Part shown: piece after piece, positions 63,789 through 64,000 of the stretch | Numbering within the stretch: position 1 is the first letter of the stretch | Layout: each line of letters opens with the position of its first letter | NCBI GenBank assembly: GCA_000708835.1 | Contig: DF237006.1 | Coordinates: 193,817-257,816 of the forward strand | From: Klebsormidium nitens | Taxonomy: Eukaryota > Plantae > Klebsormidiophyceae | Length of the DNA: 64,000 nt | Reading direction: 5' to 3' | Notes under the pieces: generated by a model | Seen by the model: the letters and a program-made list of their open reading frames with translations, nothing else | What the model was told of the DNA's origin: nothing | Databases searched by the model: none | Position numbers and translations under genes: made by a program

Positions 63789-64000
63789 GTTGGGACGTCA
63801 ACACCAGCTTTTTCCGTTTTCGTTACGCGCCTATGCTCCTGCCTTTTAGCAAGGTGGCTTTTGTCGAGGGCATCACAAGACGGTCGTCGTGCGTTTCTGC
63901 CTGGCTTACTCCTTCTTCTGGCGCGTTGCTACTCCTCGATTGTAGCAACGGAACGAAATACGTGGAACTTCTCAGCCGCTCCTTGACCACGACGAAGAGT

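Overview
Eukaryotic, intron-rich, gene-dense 64 kb window from a photosynthetic organism, most likely a streptophyte green alga such as Klebsormidium. This assignment is an inference from GC content, intron style and land-plant-like orthologues. Spliced models were built by hand from the ORF track plus GT/GC-AG signals. They give ten conserved housekeeping genes: PEX19 (5' end off-window), V-ATPase subunit E, RPS3, an RBP45/47 RRM protein, mitochondrial bL35, a SOBER1/TIPSY1-type carboxylesterase, a PsbP-domain lumen protein, a TDRD3/RMI1-N OB-fold protein, MED27 and an IGHMBP2/UPF1-like helicase (3' end off-window). Two accessory systems stand out. (1) Three paralogues of an 8-exon Ser/Thr kinase with a conserved glycine-zipper-like N-terminus and a long acidic linker: one intact non-RD copy and two pseudogenes, one from a 5.7 kb tandem duplication and one inverted. 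(2) A secreted allene-oxide-cyclase/dirigent-like beta-barrel protein whose best splice model ends in a 6-Cys knottin-like module that the ORF track misses. Also present: a TIR/TSD-bounded MITE spanning a 106-N gap, a dispersed inverted repeat pair, TGCA/CATG-rich intergenic islands and a weak box C/D snoRNA candidate. I recognised no tRNA, rRNA or CRISPR array. All family assignments come from remembered motifs, not database searches.
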